Notes: generated from the sequence alone by a model not told the origin. A stretch of 64,000 bases of DNA from Octopus vulgaris (GCA_951406725.2 OX597825.1:29760001-29824000); one strand, 5' to 3'; shown: positions 39,701-53,732, numbered from the stretch's first letter. Made by a program: numbers and translations.

Positions 39701-40645
39701 CATCATCATCAACATTGTTCAACGTCCGTTTTCCATGCTGTCATGGGTTAGGTTTGACTGAGGTCTGGAAAGCCAGCAGCTGGTCCAGGCTTCAATTTGA
39801 TCTGGCAATGTTTCTACAGCTGGATGCCCTTCCTAATGCCAACCACTCCGAGAATGTAATGAATGCTTTTTACATGTTACCAGCACAGGAGACCTGGCCA
39901 CAGCTACGATTTTGGTTTTGGTTTTACTTGACTCAACAGGTCTTCTCAAGCATATCTTATTGCTTGACGCATCATGGGTGCTTTTAAATGGACCAGACAT
40001 GCAACACTGATATCAACCATGGCTGCAATCTCACTTTAGTTGTTGGGTCTTCTCAATTGCAGCATATCTCCAAAGGTCTAAATCTCCTTGTCATTGCCTC
40101 TGTGGGACCCAACGTTTGAAGGTCATGCTTCAGCGCCTCATCCCCTGTCTTCCTGGGTCTACCTCTTCCACAGCTAGCGTGAGGCACTTCCTCACACAGC
40201 TAGCGTGAGGCACTTCCTCACACAGCTAGCGTGAGGCACTTCCTCACACAGCTATCCTCATCCATACATAACACATGACCATACCAGTACAGTCATCGCT
40301 CTTGAACATCACAGTTGATGCTTCTTATGTCCAACTTTTTTCTCAGGGTGCTCACACTCTGTCATGTATGCACACTGACATTGCACATCCAGCAGATCAT
40401 ACTAGCTTCATTTCTTTCAAGCCTACACATGTCCTCAGCAGTCATGGCCTATGTTTCACTGCCATGTAGCATGGCAGTTTGCACACATGCATCATACAGT
40501 CTACCTTTCATCCTGAGTGAGAGACCCTTAGTTGCCAGCAGAGGTAGGAGCTTTCTGAACTTTGCCCAGGCTATTCTTATTCTAGTGGCAACACTCTCAG
40601 AGCATCCACCCCCACTACAGACTTGGTCATCTATGTAGCAGAAGT
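39700..40645 (-). mobile_element. 5'-truncated RTE-clade LINE (ORF C-terminus, 3' UTR and (ATG)n tail)
   Basis: Minus-strand GGGCSESVATRIRIAWAKFRKLLPLLATKGLSLRMKGRLYDACVQTAMLHGSET and GRGRPRKT. Confidence 0.9.
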
Positions 40646-41079
40646 GATATATAGATAGATAGATAGATAGATAGATAGATGCTGTGATATGAAATATGAC
40701 ACAAAATGAGGGAAATCAGTGCAAAATAAAGAGAATTATGTGATTTAGATAATCTTCAGAATTGGTAATATTGTGGCTTGGCCTGGAATTGAATTTTATC
40801 AAATGGTTACATAATGTCTCAGGAAGAGATATTCAGTGCAAACCAAAGAATTTTTCCCAACAGCCAAAATATGCATATGTGGTGTATTTAAGGAGTCATT
40901 TTCAAAGTGTTTGCTCCCTGTGATACGCAATATAATTTAGTGGGTATGATTTACTTCTCAGCAAATGAGTTGTCTGGATCAGCTGAGTGATAGATTTTGC
41001 AGCTAATCAACCCTCCTCCTCATCATCATCATCATCTTCATCATCATCATTAACATCATAGTTTTAACAGTTGGTTGTA

Positions 41080-41605
41080 GACAGTGCAGTATATATAAGT
41101 GAATACAACAAATTGTCATGCCTTCTCTTTGACTCAGAATACAAGAGAAGGTATGACAATGCCAGCTGAATGGTTCACTGGGAACTGTGTAACAAGCTTG
41201 GATTGGAAAAGGCAAGAAAATGGTATGAATATGAGACATGAGCCAAAGGGTTTTTGTGGAAAAAGACAGGGTAAAGATAACTTTGGGATGTTGTGATCCA
41301 ATGTGATCATGGAATCAAAAGTCAGAAACCTGATATTCTGCTGACAGACAAAGGAGAAAAATCATGCTTTGTCAAAGACATCATCTGCCTTAGGGTCAAA
41401 AGAACCACTGAAAAAGAAGTGGGGGAAAAAGTGTTGAGATATGAGGCTCAGAAGAGAGGAATAAAAAGAAGTACATTGTGTGAAGCATTTTTGGTGCCTT
41501 GGTGAGGAAAGAAATTAAGAAATGGTTCCAAAAGGTAAGCATAAGAATGAAAAATCAAGCACGCCCAGAAAACAGTAGTCTTGGCAGTGCAAGGAGTTTC
41601 TCTCA
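41080..41605 (+). mobile_element. R4/Dong-like non-LTR retrotransposon restriction-like endonuclease remnant
   Basis: Frameshifted VHWELCNKLGLEKARKWYE..HEP..LWDVVIQCDHGIKSQKPDILLTDKGEKSCFVKDI..KE..EKV.RYE: the PD..D RLE signature. Confidence 0.8.
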
Positions 41606-41804
41606 AGAATTTGGAACTTGAAAAGAACATACCACCAAAATTCCGTGCTGCATTTGTAAGTGAACAGGTCGTGACGAAAATATTTTGGCAAATTAAATCT
41701 AGATGTTGAAGTGAATCTAACGTTTTTTGTGTGTTTCTTAATTGGCTTATAAACACCTTCCACGCTGCAATCATAATAATGATAATGATAAAATACTATC
41801 TAAC

Positions 41805-42010
41805 TTTTTTGCAATTTAGGCAAGAGGCCAACAAAATGTGGGAGTGCTTAGAGAATACCATTCTCTGTAGGGCTTCACTCATACTGTATTTTATTGATCC
41901 CAAAGGATGAAAGGCAAAGTTGAATGCAGTGGGATTTGAACTCATATCACAGAGGAAATTAATTAAATATTACAAAGTATTCTATCCACTGCTGTAACAT
42001 TTCTGCTGCC
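41805..42010 (-). mobile_element. SINE family A (old copy)
   Basis: AAAGGATGAAAGGCAAAGTTGA core. Confidence 0.65.
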
Positions 42011-42537
42011 AAAAGAAAAAAAAAACTGATATTTATAAATATAAATAAATATATAAATAAATAAGAGATGATGAGAAGAATACGAATAATGTGTATGGAA
42101 TAAATGCAAGTACATTTATAACTATTATTGAACTTGTTGCATCTGATGTCATGATTGACGAAATCCATTGCTGGTTGGTGTTTCTTTACACTTAATAACT
42201 GAAGAAATTAGATTGAGAGAGAGAGAGGGAGAGGAAGAGAGGGAGAGAGAGAGAGGAAGAGAGGCAGAGAGTGATGCTAAATCTGGTTTTGTAAATAAAT
42301 GCTACATTACTGATTAATTACAATAAACGAAGAAACATCTGGAACCACTAATGACTCCAGGGTCAGAACTGGTCAACTCGATAGTGGTATAGCTGCTGAC
42401 CTAGATGAATGATCAAAAGCCAGTATCACATCGATGGTACACCATTTTGCTTAAAAAACAACACTTTGTTAGAAGAGGAAGGTTTTGTTTAAAACATAAA
42501 AAATATATACTACTCATCAAGCAGAAATAACCACATA

Positions 42538-42602
<65 letters not shown>

Positions 42603-44662
42603 ATATATATAAATGTGTATGTATGTATATATATATGCATATACATATATATATATATATATATATACATACATACATATATATATATATATATGTGTGT
42701 GTATATATATATATATATATAAATATATATACACACACACACACATGCATATATTGTGCAATAAAAATAATACAAGCTGAAATATTAATGTTCATGGAAC
42801 ACATTTTTGTTAATTTTCTAGTTTGTTCTGCTCTCTTTCTTTCTCTCTCATCCCCTTGTTCTTCCTCTTTGTTTTCCCCCTCTCTCTCTCTCTTGTTCTT
42901 TCTCCCTCCCTCCCTCTTTCCCTCTTTTTTCCTCTCTTTCCATAGCATGGAGTGATTCTTCCCTCTCCACCATCATCCACCCACCTCTCTCTCTCCATAC
43001 AATTCTCCCAGCTCTCCTTTTTCTTTTATTTCCCATGTATCAGGTCTCTTGAAGAAGCTAAGAACATTATTATCTTTTTTGATTATCTGTCTAATTTAAT
43101 ACATTAATATTTGATTGAATCTTGTTTGTTCAACTTCTCAGTCTATAATTTCCTTTCTGAAATCTTGCTATTTGCTTTTCTTTTCTTGTTCTTTCTGGTT
43201 CTTTTTTATCTTGTTTTGTTTTGTTCTTTTTTACATTTGCTGTGTACTAAATAACATAGAATGTCTTTTCTTTTTGTTTGTGTTAGGAACCTTTTGTTTT
43301 AAAACATACTACTTCGAATTTAATATCAGGAAAATAAAATACCCATCTATCTATCTATCTATCTTTCTATCTATCTATCTATTTATCTATCTATCTTTTC
43401 TTTCTTTCTTTCTATCTCTCTCTTTCTATCTATCTATTTCTTTCTCGCTCTCTCTCTTTCTATATTTATCTGTCTATCTCTCCATACATTCATTCATCTA
43501 TCCATCTTGCATGTGTGTGTGTGTTAGGGAAATCTGTCTAGCAGTCTGCTTATTATCAGTATAGCTATCTGCTAATCTCCCAGTCTATTATCATCATCAT
43601 TGCGCCCCCCCCCCCCCCATCACTGGTGTTGATAGAATTGTCAGTGTCACTATCAGAGTTGTCACCAACATCCTTCTCCACCACTTTTCCACATTGCCCT
43701 CTCATTCCTCTCCTCTTCCTCATACCTCTTCTCATTTTCATTTTATGTCTATGTGGGTTGGACCTAGCCTTCATGACCAGATGCCCCCCTCTTTGTTGTC
43801 ACCCTGTTATCTCTTTTAGCCAACTCTTATTATGACATGCAGAGATTTAGTGCACCTGTTCTAATGTCAATATTCATGTAGTATATATATGTGTGTGTGT
43901 GTGTGTGTTATATGTACACTTTTGTTCACCTTCTAAGTATCTATCTAAATTTTGTTTGATTCTTTTACTCTGTCTTTTAGTCTCCCTCATACTTTCTTCC
44001 TCTATTCTTTTTCTCGCTCCTCCCCTCTCACATTTCTTGGCCCTCTCTTTCTTTAATTCCTACTTTTCTTTTTCGATTATTTCCCTTGTATCTTTCTCTT
44101 TCTTCTCTCTTTCCTGTTCTTCCCCTAATCCTTCAATCCCTCTGCCCCTACCCCTCTCTCCTTCCTTCATGTGACTGCTGTTCAGCCAGCTGTGAACTTT
44201 CTTTCTTGGCTTGACAGCCAACTACCAACGTCGTTCCTGCCTCAAGGCTTACAATCTATACACACCTGCACAATTTGACTCATACTCATTAGTCAAAAGA
44301 CACCTGTTGCTATATTCTTGTTGTTTGTATTTGTAATTGTGTAACATGTTCTCTTGATTTCTTTATTTTTTTGGTCTTTGTTCTTGTACACATTCATTTA
44401 CTTTCTTATAAAAAATCTAATGCTCTTAGCTTAGACCTTTGGGTGGGCAACCAGATTTGAACAGTCTCAAATGTAACTGCCCGAAACTGTAATGACTATC
44501 TGGAAACTTGACTGATGAAAGAAGGCCACGAATGAGCTGTCTTTTTATCCTGTCCCTCTATTTCTTGTTTTTCCTGTCCACTTTCATATCATCTATCTGT
44601 CCAGATGCTTTATTGATCTCTACTGCGTTTTTGTTCTATATATATATATATATATATATATA

Positions 44663-45058
44663 TCTTTTACTCTTTTACTTGTTTCAGTCATTTGACTGTG
44701 GCCATGCTGGAGCCCCGCCTTTAGTCGAGCAAATCGACCCCAGGACTTATTCTTTGTAAGCCCAGTACTTATTCTATCAGTCTCTTTTGCTGAACCACTA
44801 AGTGACGGGGACGTAAACACACCAGCATCGGTTGTCAAGTAATGCTAGGGGGACAAACACAGACACACAAACATATATATATACATACATATATACGACG
44901 GGCTGCTTTCAGTTTCCGTCTACCAAATCCACTCACAAGGCTTTGGTTGACCCGAGGCTATAGTTGAAGACACTTGCCCAAGATGCCACGCAGTGGGACT
45001 GAACCCGGAACCATGTGGTTGGTAAGCAAGCTACTTACCACACAGCCACTCCTGCGCC
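44663..45058 (-). mobile_element. SINE family B (young copy)
   Basis: Full length, CpGs retained. Confidence 0.93.
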
Positions 45059-45116
<58 letters not shown>

Positions 45117-46138
45117 GGGAATATGAATATATCTGGATATACAGAGAAAAAAAATGAAAGAGAGAGATATGTTATACACTTAACCAGACCTTTTTGACTT
45201 GGCTCCAGTAAAACATCCCCCTCCAAATCCTTGTTTCATTATCCATGTAAACAAAGCAGGAACTGGCTGGATTGTAATGGTGTATATTCTAATGCATAAT
45301 AATTAATATGAACCAAGCATTGATATATATTACATATTTGTATATTGATATACTTGTCCATCTGTTCATCTATCTTTCAGTCTATCTATATATGTAAGCC
45401 TGTTATCTATCTATGTATTCGACTATATCTATCTGCCTTCTATTAGCCTTCATCTCTCTATTTATATCTATCTATCTATCTTTCTATCTTGTCTGTCTAC
45501 TTACCATAAATACACATATGACAGATGGTATAGTAAATTTGAATTAAGGAACATGAACGCGTCTTTAGATAACCATCAATCTCAGTTTGCATAATGTCAG
45601 ACACATATTATTATATGTATTCTTAGCAATCACAAATGCATTAATATGCTGCAGTTTAATTAACACAAGTCAAGTTGTAAGGCTGTCAATATATTTTATA
45701 CACATAACTCACTAGCATCTGACCATCTGCTTATGATGTCATCATTGACCTTATAAAATATGGTTGATGTTGGTCTCAGCATGAAGCTACACAACAAAAG
45801 CTTAAATACTCTGTGTTTCTGCTATTGTTAATTCCTGATATAAATTGTATTTTTGTTTGTTTTCTCTTTCATTCATTTACACAACTGTTTTGCCATGCTG
45901 GCAAGAATTAGATGAATATATTATTCACAACGTTTTACAGGCAAATGTCATTTCCTATTGCTAACCATTATCTGTTTTTCAAGTGAAAGATCTCTTATTC
46001 TACATATCTTTGAAAAATACTAAGCCAGTGGATGATTTGTTGCTAGGGGAAACAGCGACAATGTCCATTCTGTAGATTAGAGACTTTTGGAGAAGTGAAG
46101 ATATAAACAAGTACACACATGCACACACACCTACACAC

Positions 46139-46140
<2 letters not shown>

Positions 46141-46199
<59 letters not shown>
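46141..46199. repeat. (CA)n microsatellite
   Basis: Direct reading. Confidence 0.95.
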
Positions 46200-46203
<4 letters not shown>

Positions 46204-46762
46204 ACACATATATGCACATATGTATGTATATATATATATATATATATATCATCATCATCATCATCATCATCATTTAACGCCCAATGTCCATGGCATGGGT
46301 TGTGACTTCCTTCAGTTTTCATCTACTTAATCCACTCACAAGGTGGTCAGCCTTGGACTATAGAAAAAGACACTTGATCTTGGTGCTGAGTTATGGGAAT
46401 GAACCAGAAACTACTTGGCTGAGAAGTAGTTGGGTCATTGGCCATATTGGTAGTGTGTTGGTGTTGGACAGAGGCAATGTAATAAAAGTTCTTATTTCCT
46501 CATTTCACTTACAAAGTTCTGTGTCATTGGTAACAGCTCCTTAGTTTCGTTCATTTGACTGTGAATGAATTTTAATGGCTAAGATAATTTGAACTAATTA
46601 AAACAGTGAGATACTTTGCAAATTAATACGATAGTCATTAGCTTATTAATTACTAAGTTCAAATCCAAAAGCAAATTTAATTTAGGCAAGGATTTAAAAG
46701 CCCATGAAAATATTCTTTCCTGTGATACTCTGAGAGTCCAGAGGGTCAAGAGATTAAGGAAC

Positions 46763-46890
46763 CCATCACCACCACCATCACCATCACCATCACCACCACC
46801 ATCACTACCACCACCATCACCACCGTTACCATCACCACCATCACCATCATCATCACCACCATCACTATCAACGCTACCATCACTACTGTA
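46763..46890. repeat. (CAC/CAT)n low-complexity tract
   Basis: Direct reading. Confidence 0.9.
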
Positions 46891-48341
46891 ACCCACATCA
46901 TCCTCAACACCACACAGTCGTAGTCGGGTTATATTTGATGTCTATTTAGTAAACAAATAAAAGTCATAGAAGATATTATCCCTTCAACTACCAGCTTTTA
47001 CATTTGATGTTTTCCAATATTTGTATAATTAAGTGGCAAACAGTGGAATGTTGGTTTAAGCTTCAGGCAAACTAGGAGCATGCAAAGGTTTTGATTTCCT
47101 GATGAAGCCATTTCATTCCAGTTATATTGCTAATACTCTTCACAGCTGCAAGCATTGTCGTTTGGAATTAACTGCTAGGAAAGCTAAATCCATAATGTGA
47201 TTGCATTGAAGCCATTTGATTTTACTTATCTTATTAGTATCTTTCATACGACGTAGCATGAATGTCATGGAATCTTCTTCCTCCTCTCATTAATAAATCT
47301 GAGTCTATATGCCTATGAGAAGAATCAATGCTTATATTGTATTAATCATAGGTATCTCCACATAGTCAACAACATTACTTCTTGTGTGATTTGATGGGGT
47401 TTGTTGGAGTATGATAGCGCAATGCACAAAACGAAGTGGATTTCAGTCAGTTTAAAGAAATAATACTATATATATATATGGCAGTTGCATAAGATTAGTT
47501 TCAATGCTAAAAGGTTAATGGTATTATTATTTTCCAAATTTTTTTGAAGAAATATAAAGTACAACATCTCTAAACATACACACATGCATTATCAATGTTA
47601 TAGACTGCCAAGTCACACACCATGCCACCTTTTATTTCCTCACTTTCTGTAACACTGTAGCAATGTAAAAGGAGAAAGTAGTGACTCTGCTGAAAGAGCT
47701 AGAAGAGAGAAAAAGTAAGTATTATAAGGAGAGGTGGGTTAGAAAGATATAGATAAACAATTTACGTAGTAAGAGAGAAGGAAACAGCCAGAGAGATAAG
47801 GAGTAATAGATTAGTTTAGCTATCAAGTAAGAAAGGCAGTTAGGTGAGGATAGTAGTTAATTTTAAGCAGTGTTGGAAGAACAACAGATGCAGAGACACC
47901 AGTAGTTTGAAGTGAAATGGAATGAAGAAAGATAGAGCAACAAAAAGGGAGAATTAAAGAAGGAGCACGATAAAATAAAGGATATAAGAGAATAAGTGAA
48001 TGGTAGAAAAAAATGATAAAGATTGAAATAGTGTGTGAGAGAGAGAGAGATTTGTTTATGATATTGAAGCATCTTTATATGAAGAAGGCATTTGTTGATA
48101 AAGGAAAGTGGCAGGAAAAATTTAACTTAGAAAAATAAGAGAAGGAACTACATACACACAGTTGTTTGATATTAACTACCTTGAAGACCAATTCCGTACT
48201 ATAATTGCCTTGAAGCTTTTTTTTAGTTTACATAACTTATTAATATCTATTATATAAAACAGTGTGAATGTTACAGAATCTTCTTTCTTCTGTTGTTAAT
48301 AATACATATACACGCACACAAATCAGTAGGAATCTAGAAAT

Positions 48342-48490
<149 letters not shown>

Positions 48491-49007
48491 TGCACAGAGA
48501 GGCCAAGAGAGAGAAAGAGGAACAGAGAGAAATATGGGAAGAATGAAGTGTTTGCATTAGAGTTAGTTACTATGAATAATGAAGAAGAGTAAGAGACCCT
48601 AAGCATAAGTGTGAGGAAGCTGAGAGATAACTTTTCAAATATACAACAGATAAACTGCATGTCAAACAGTTGAAGAATTTGAAGTCACAAAGAAATTGGT
48701 TGACTTTGATGAGCAGAAAGAGGATGAAACTTATCGAAAAGATGTTGTCAATGATTGATATGAACTGAAAAGAAAAAAAAAAAAGAAGTGCTGCCAAATG
48801 GTAACAGAGAACAAGAATGAAAAGAAGCAAGGCTCCAGTTAAAAAAGGATTACTGAAAGGAAACAAAATACAGCACAAGAAGAAATGGAGCACATCTTGA
48901 AGTGAAAATACTGAGAATTACTGTTAGGAGACAAAAATAAACACCATCAGTTTTGTTGAGTACTATGCTTCTAAAGCCATACATACATACATACATACAT
49001 ATATTTG

Positions 49008-49057
<50 letters not shown>

Positions 49058-49063
49058 TATATG

Positions 49064-49466
49064 TATTCTTTTATTCTTTTACTTGTTTCAGTCATTTGAC
49101 TGTGGCTATGCTGGAGCACCGCCTTTAGTCGAGGAAATCAACTCCAGGACTTATTCTTTGTAAGCCTAGTACTTATTCTATCAGTCTGTGTGCTTACCAA
49201 ACCGCTAAGTTACAGGGATGTAAACACACAAACATCAGTTGTCAAGCAATGTTGGGGGGGGGGGGGGAAACACATACACACAAACACACACACATATATA
49301 CATATCCATATATATGATGGGCTTCTTTCCATCTACCAAATCCACTCACAAGGCTTTGCTTGGCCTTAGGCTACAGTAGAAGATACTTACCCAAGCTACC
49401 ACGCAGTGGGACTGAACCTTGAACCATGTGGTTAGTAAGCAAGCTACTTACCACACAGCCACTCCT
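49064..49466 (-). mobile_element. SINE family B
   Basis: Full-length family match. Confidence 0.92.
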
Positions 49467-49857
49467 ATATATATGTATGCGTGTATGTATGTATATATAT
49501 ATATATATATATATACACATACATAGGAATGTATGTAGAGTTCCCTTGTCTAGACATCATGATATAGTAATAAAAGGAGGTGACCATCATATAAGTGTTG
49601 TATCCCTTGTTTTCAGTCATCTGTAAAAGCATGACTATTCATAGAAAAAAATATTACTTCAGTTGAAACAGACAATAGTTGGTGACAGGGAGGGCATCCA
49701 ACCATAGAAAATTTGCCTCAATGCATGCCATCTGATAGTGTGATCATGGAAAAGTAGATGACGTTAAAATGATAATGCTGATGTGTGTATGCATGCAATA
49801 TAAAAATATGAAATGCCCCAGATGTAGCTTCAGCGTAAGTACAATCCTCTCTGTAAA

Positions 49858-50117
49858 AAAAAAAATAAATGCACCCTTTTAAAGCCTAGCCCGGCTCGTG
49901 GGCCTGGTTTCCCGGTTTCTATGGTGTATGTGTTCCCCAGCTGGATGGGACGCCAGTCGATTGCAGCATTACTCATTTTTGCCAGCTGAGTGGACTGGAG
50001 CAAGGTGAAATGAAGTGTTTTGCTCAAGAACACAATGTGTCGCCCAGTCCAGGAATCGAAACCACAATCTTATGATCATGGTGCTGACACCCTAACCACT
50101 AAGCCATGTGTCTCCAC
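49858..50117 (-). mobile_element. tRNA-derived SINE family E
   Basis: Head GTGGAGACACATGGCTTAGTGGTTAG; TSD TACAATCCTCTCT at 49840-49852 and 50118-50130. Confidence 0.9.
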
Positions 50118-51069
50118 TACAATCCTCTCTATAAAAGAAATAAAATACATTCATTCTAACGATAAACACTTAAACTATAATGACAGTCTCAACTGGAATC
50201 AACTGAGGTTATTTGCCAGATCCTCAAGTTCACATCTTACTCTCTATAGTACATACTTTTTTTCACAAAACAAATTACTGTTTTTGGTTTTTGCAATCAT
50301 AAAACTCCTGGTATTTTCATAAAGCCTGGAAGTGACATACAAATTAAACCCCTCGTTTTCTTTATGTCTATATTGTTCTTGTTACCATATATACTCACAC
50401 GTACATTCATACACACATGCAAGTGCACACACACACACATATACACATATACACATTGTATAACAGCATTCAGCTTAGCCCCAACTATCTACTTAGTAGG
50501 ATCTTGTCAAATAAATTTTGATTTTCTCAAGTTGTCTTTTCTTCAATGAAGATATTTCTCTGTAAAAATGGTAACAAGATGGTCTTAAGATTATCTTAAT
50601 GAAAAAAATAAAAATAAAAAAGTAGACGTAAACAAAAAATTCTGAGCAATTGTTGGCAAAATAACAGATTTAGAAGCAATAAAGTAATCGGTGGAATAGT
50701 CAGACTAGATTTTTGTTTTAACCCTTTGCCTATTGCATACTGTGTAATAAACAAGGGTGAAAGGGTTTATCATATTAATTGCTAATTGATAATATTTAAT
50801 AAAACCATTTTATTATTTTTTTTTATTTATATTTCAAACATTTAAAAAGAAAAAAAAATAAGGCAGAAAGGATAATTCCATGATTGCAAAGATTGTTTTA
50901 AGTTACAACTATGACTCCTAAAAGAAAATGAAGAATAAGTGAACATAGGCTGGGTGGTAAGTAGCTTAGCCCAGTCGAACTGTCCAACTCACACTAGCAT
51001 TGAAAACGAACGTTAAACAATGATGATGATGATGATGGTGATGATGACAGTACTTACATTTTTAAAGTT

Positions 51070-51380
51070 TGGTTTCTATTTTTCTGGTTTCATTTTCGAA
51101 GAGCTGCTAAATTATGGGGTCATGACAAAGTTAATGCCACTTGTCAAGTTTTAGGGTGACAAACACAGACACACACACGTGCACACACAGACACACTCAT
51201 GCACACACACACAAAAACACTCACACACTCACATACACACAATGATCTTTCACATAATTTCCATCTATGATTTACACGACATTGGTCTATGATAGAAGTT
51301 GGGGATGCAAAGGTGCGTGTTATGGGATTGAACTTCAAACTAATGTGACTGTGAAGTGAACTTTTAGCCACACAACCATT
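51070..51380 (-). mobile_element. SINE family B (highly diverged)
   Basis: Residual GCTAAATTATGGGG...CACACA...ATAGAAG...TTAGCCACACAACCAT motifs. Confidence 0.55.
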
Positions 51381-51554
51381 GAATAATGAACATGATCTTT
51401 TCAATAGTCAATCCTTTCAATGTTCAAGATATGTGAAATCAAATGCATGGTCAGAAGCAGCAGAGAGAAGGCAGAGGAGAAAGTCTTAAGAATTTATTAA
51501 TCAACAAGAATAAATTTAGAGAGAAAAAGAGAAAAGGACTCATTATGAAGAACA

Positions 51555-51595
<41 letters not shown>

Positions 51596-51802
51596 ATTGA
51601 GACATCTGAATAAATTCAGATGTTATATATTTTTACTGTCCTTATGTGTATAGATTTCATTACAAGATGCTTGAAGAAAAATAATGCAACAGATTAAATC
51701 ATTTGTAGGAACGACCAGCCAGATGTGTGTTCTCATGCATCGTTTTTATCATTTAACTCCAAGCTGAATTTCATTAACTTTCTTTAACGTTTTTGCTTTC
51801 AG

Positions 51803-52010
51803 GTGATATGGCGAAAGCTACCCTATAAACATCCTCTAACAATTGGAGCGTATACATTTATAGAGGATCCTAGCTTAACAGTGGAGCGGAGTGGACAAAC
51901 ACAGTGGAATTTGCTCATAAAAAATGTTCAACCTCATCATGCTGGTTTGTATGAATGTCAAGTTAGTGCACAAGAAAAATTGATACATATTGTACAGCTC
52001 CGGGTAAAAG
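51803..52010 (+). CDS. Internal coding exon (208 nt, phase 0 to 1) of a Dpr/ZIG-8-like immunoglobulin-superfamily cell adhesion protein, Ig1 strands C-G
   Basis: Acceptor ttttgctttcag|, donor AAG|gtaaga; VIWRKLPYKHPLTIGAYTFIEDPSLTVERSGQTQWNLLIKNVQPHHAGLYECQVSAQEKLIHIVQLRVK fits the Dpr pattern VxW...LTxG..T...D....W.L.I..V....G.YECQVS. Confidence 0.92.
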
Positions 52011-52522
52011 GTAAGAGCCTCAGCTTCCAAACAAAGCTGAATTTTTGTTTATTAATTGTGTGTTTTTATACAGCTTCAGTGTGTGCTTATGAAGTATTTA
52101 TATAAACTTTAAAATAGCCAGAAAATGAAATATTTTTTTCTATTTTTATTTTGTATGAAATCATAATAAAATTTGAAGGACTTGAAGTTTAAATTCCTTC
52201 AATCACAAAATATCGTAACTTGTTATCATGAAAGCTTAAACAAATATTAAAAATAAACTATTTCCTATACCTCTAAGGTAGCCATGTAACAGCACACATG
52301 GTTTTTTTTTTCTAACTATTCTTTTCCTTCTCTCCAGATGTTTTTCCTCTTTCCTCTCTCTTATGAAGAGCCATACTTGAAACATCTCCCTTCTCTTTTT
52401 CACATCTTAAACTTTCTCTCAGCATCAATCTATTACATTCACTGAGTGTGTACTTCTGACTTTTGTTGTTTTGCCTACCTTTGTTTTTAATTTTGATTTC
52501 TATACATACATACATACATACA

Positions 52523-52554
<32 letters not shown>

Positions 52555-53428
52555 GACGTACTTACAAATATACATATGTGTGTGTGTTCATATATGCATA
52601 TATATATATATATATATATAGGTATAAATGCATATACGTATATATGCATATGTATATATATATATATTGTATAAAGGATCGTGGGTAAGGTTAGAACAAT
52701 GTGAAATAAAAGCAAGGCAAATCACAAGAAAACAAATATATGAATTAATGTAGACTTACATTGCATTCAATATTTTTGGATTATGATCCCATCCTCAAGA
52801 AATTAACGAATATTACAGATATGTGTGTGTATGTGTGGAGTGGACATGTGTGGAAAATTGTTGCTATAGCAACCAGCTAGCTTCCTGTAACTCTCTTCTG
52901 CTGTTGATGGTTGGTTTCCTTTGTATGAATATAGCCTCGAAGATACTAAGGTCGCCCCTGTTGCAATAATAATAATAATGTTCTTGTTATTATTAGTAAA
53001 ATTTCTAAGAAAATAATTGATTCTCAAAACGTGAAATTTTTATGTATTCCTGAAACAAGTACAACAATATTTTTTTCTACAATTATGGCATTCCCAGAGA
53101 CTAGCCATTTGCCTTTTCTGTTGACATTTTTTAGTGCTGAGTGCATTAAATCTAACAACATCAGAACTGTATTGAAACTGGATATATTCCTGCTGACACG
53201 GTTAGCTAAAATTGATGCTTTCCCCCACGATAAAGGCTTGAAAAGATCACTCCTCCACTCTAATTAATGTAGTGGCAAGGAGATAAGGAAATGAAATGTA
53301 AAGTCTTTCTTAGAGAAATATTTTCATAAAAGGTTTGATAACAAGATTATCTAAAATATTAGACAAATTCAACTCTAATACTGTTGGAATACAGAGTATG
53401 GATACTGACATATACATACACAAATGCT

Positions 53429-53481
<53 letters not shown>

Positions 53482-53732
53482 TATATCATTTTATACATAT
53501 ATATATATATATATATCATTTTATATATATATGTATATGTATATAGCATTTTATGTATTTATATATATGTATGTATATAGCATTATATGTCAACAAAAAA
53601 GACAAATGGCTAATCTCTGGGAACACCATAATTGTAGAAAAAATATTGTTGTACTTGTTTTAAGAATACATAAAAAGTTCATGTTTTAAGAATCAATTAT
53701 TGTCATAGAAATTGTACTAATAACAACATTAA

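Noticed and set aside
39397-39987. Long ORFs rich in YI/HT/CV repeats (also 56203-56814, 31269-31682, 42517-42948, 62610-62978)
   Set aside because: Stop-free translations of (TA)n/(CA)n microsatellites running into repeats; no splice or domain evidence
46594-46896. Pro/Ser-rich and Gly/Asp-rich ORFs
   Set aside because: Translations of a (CAC/CAT)n tract
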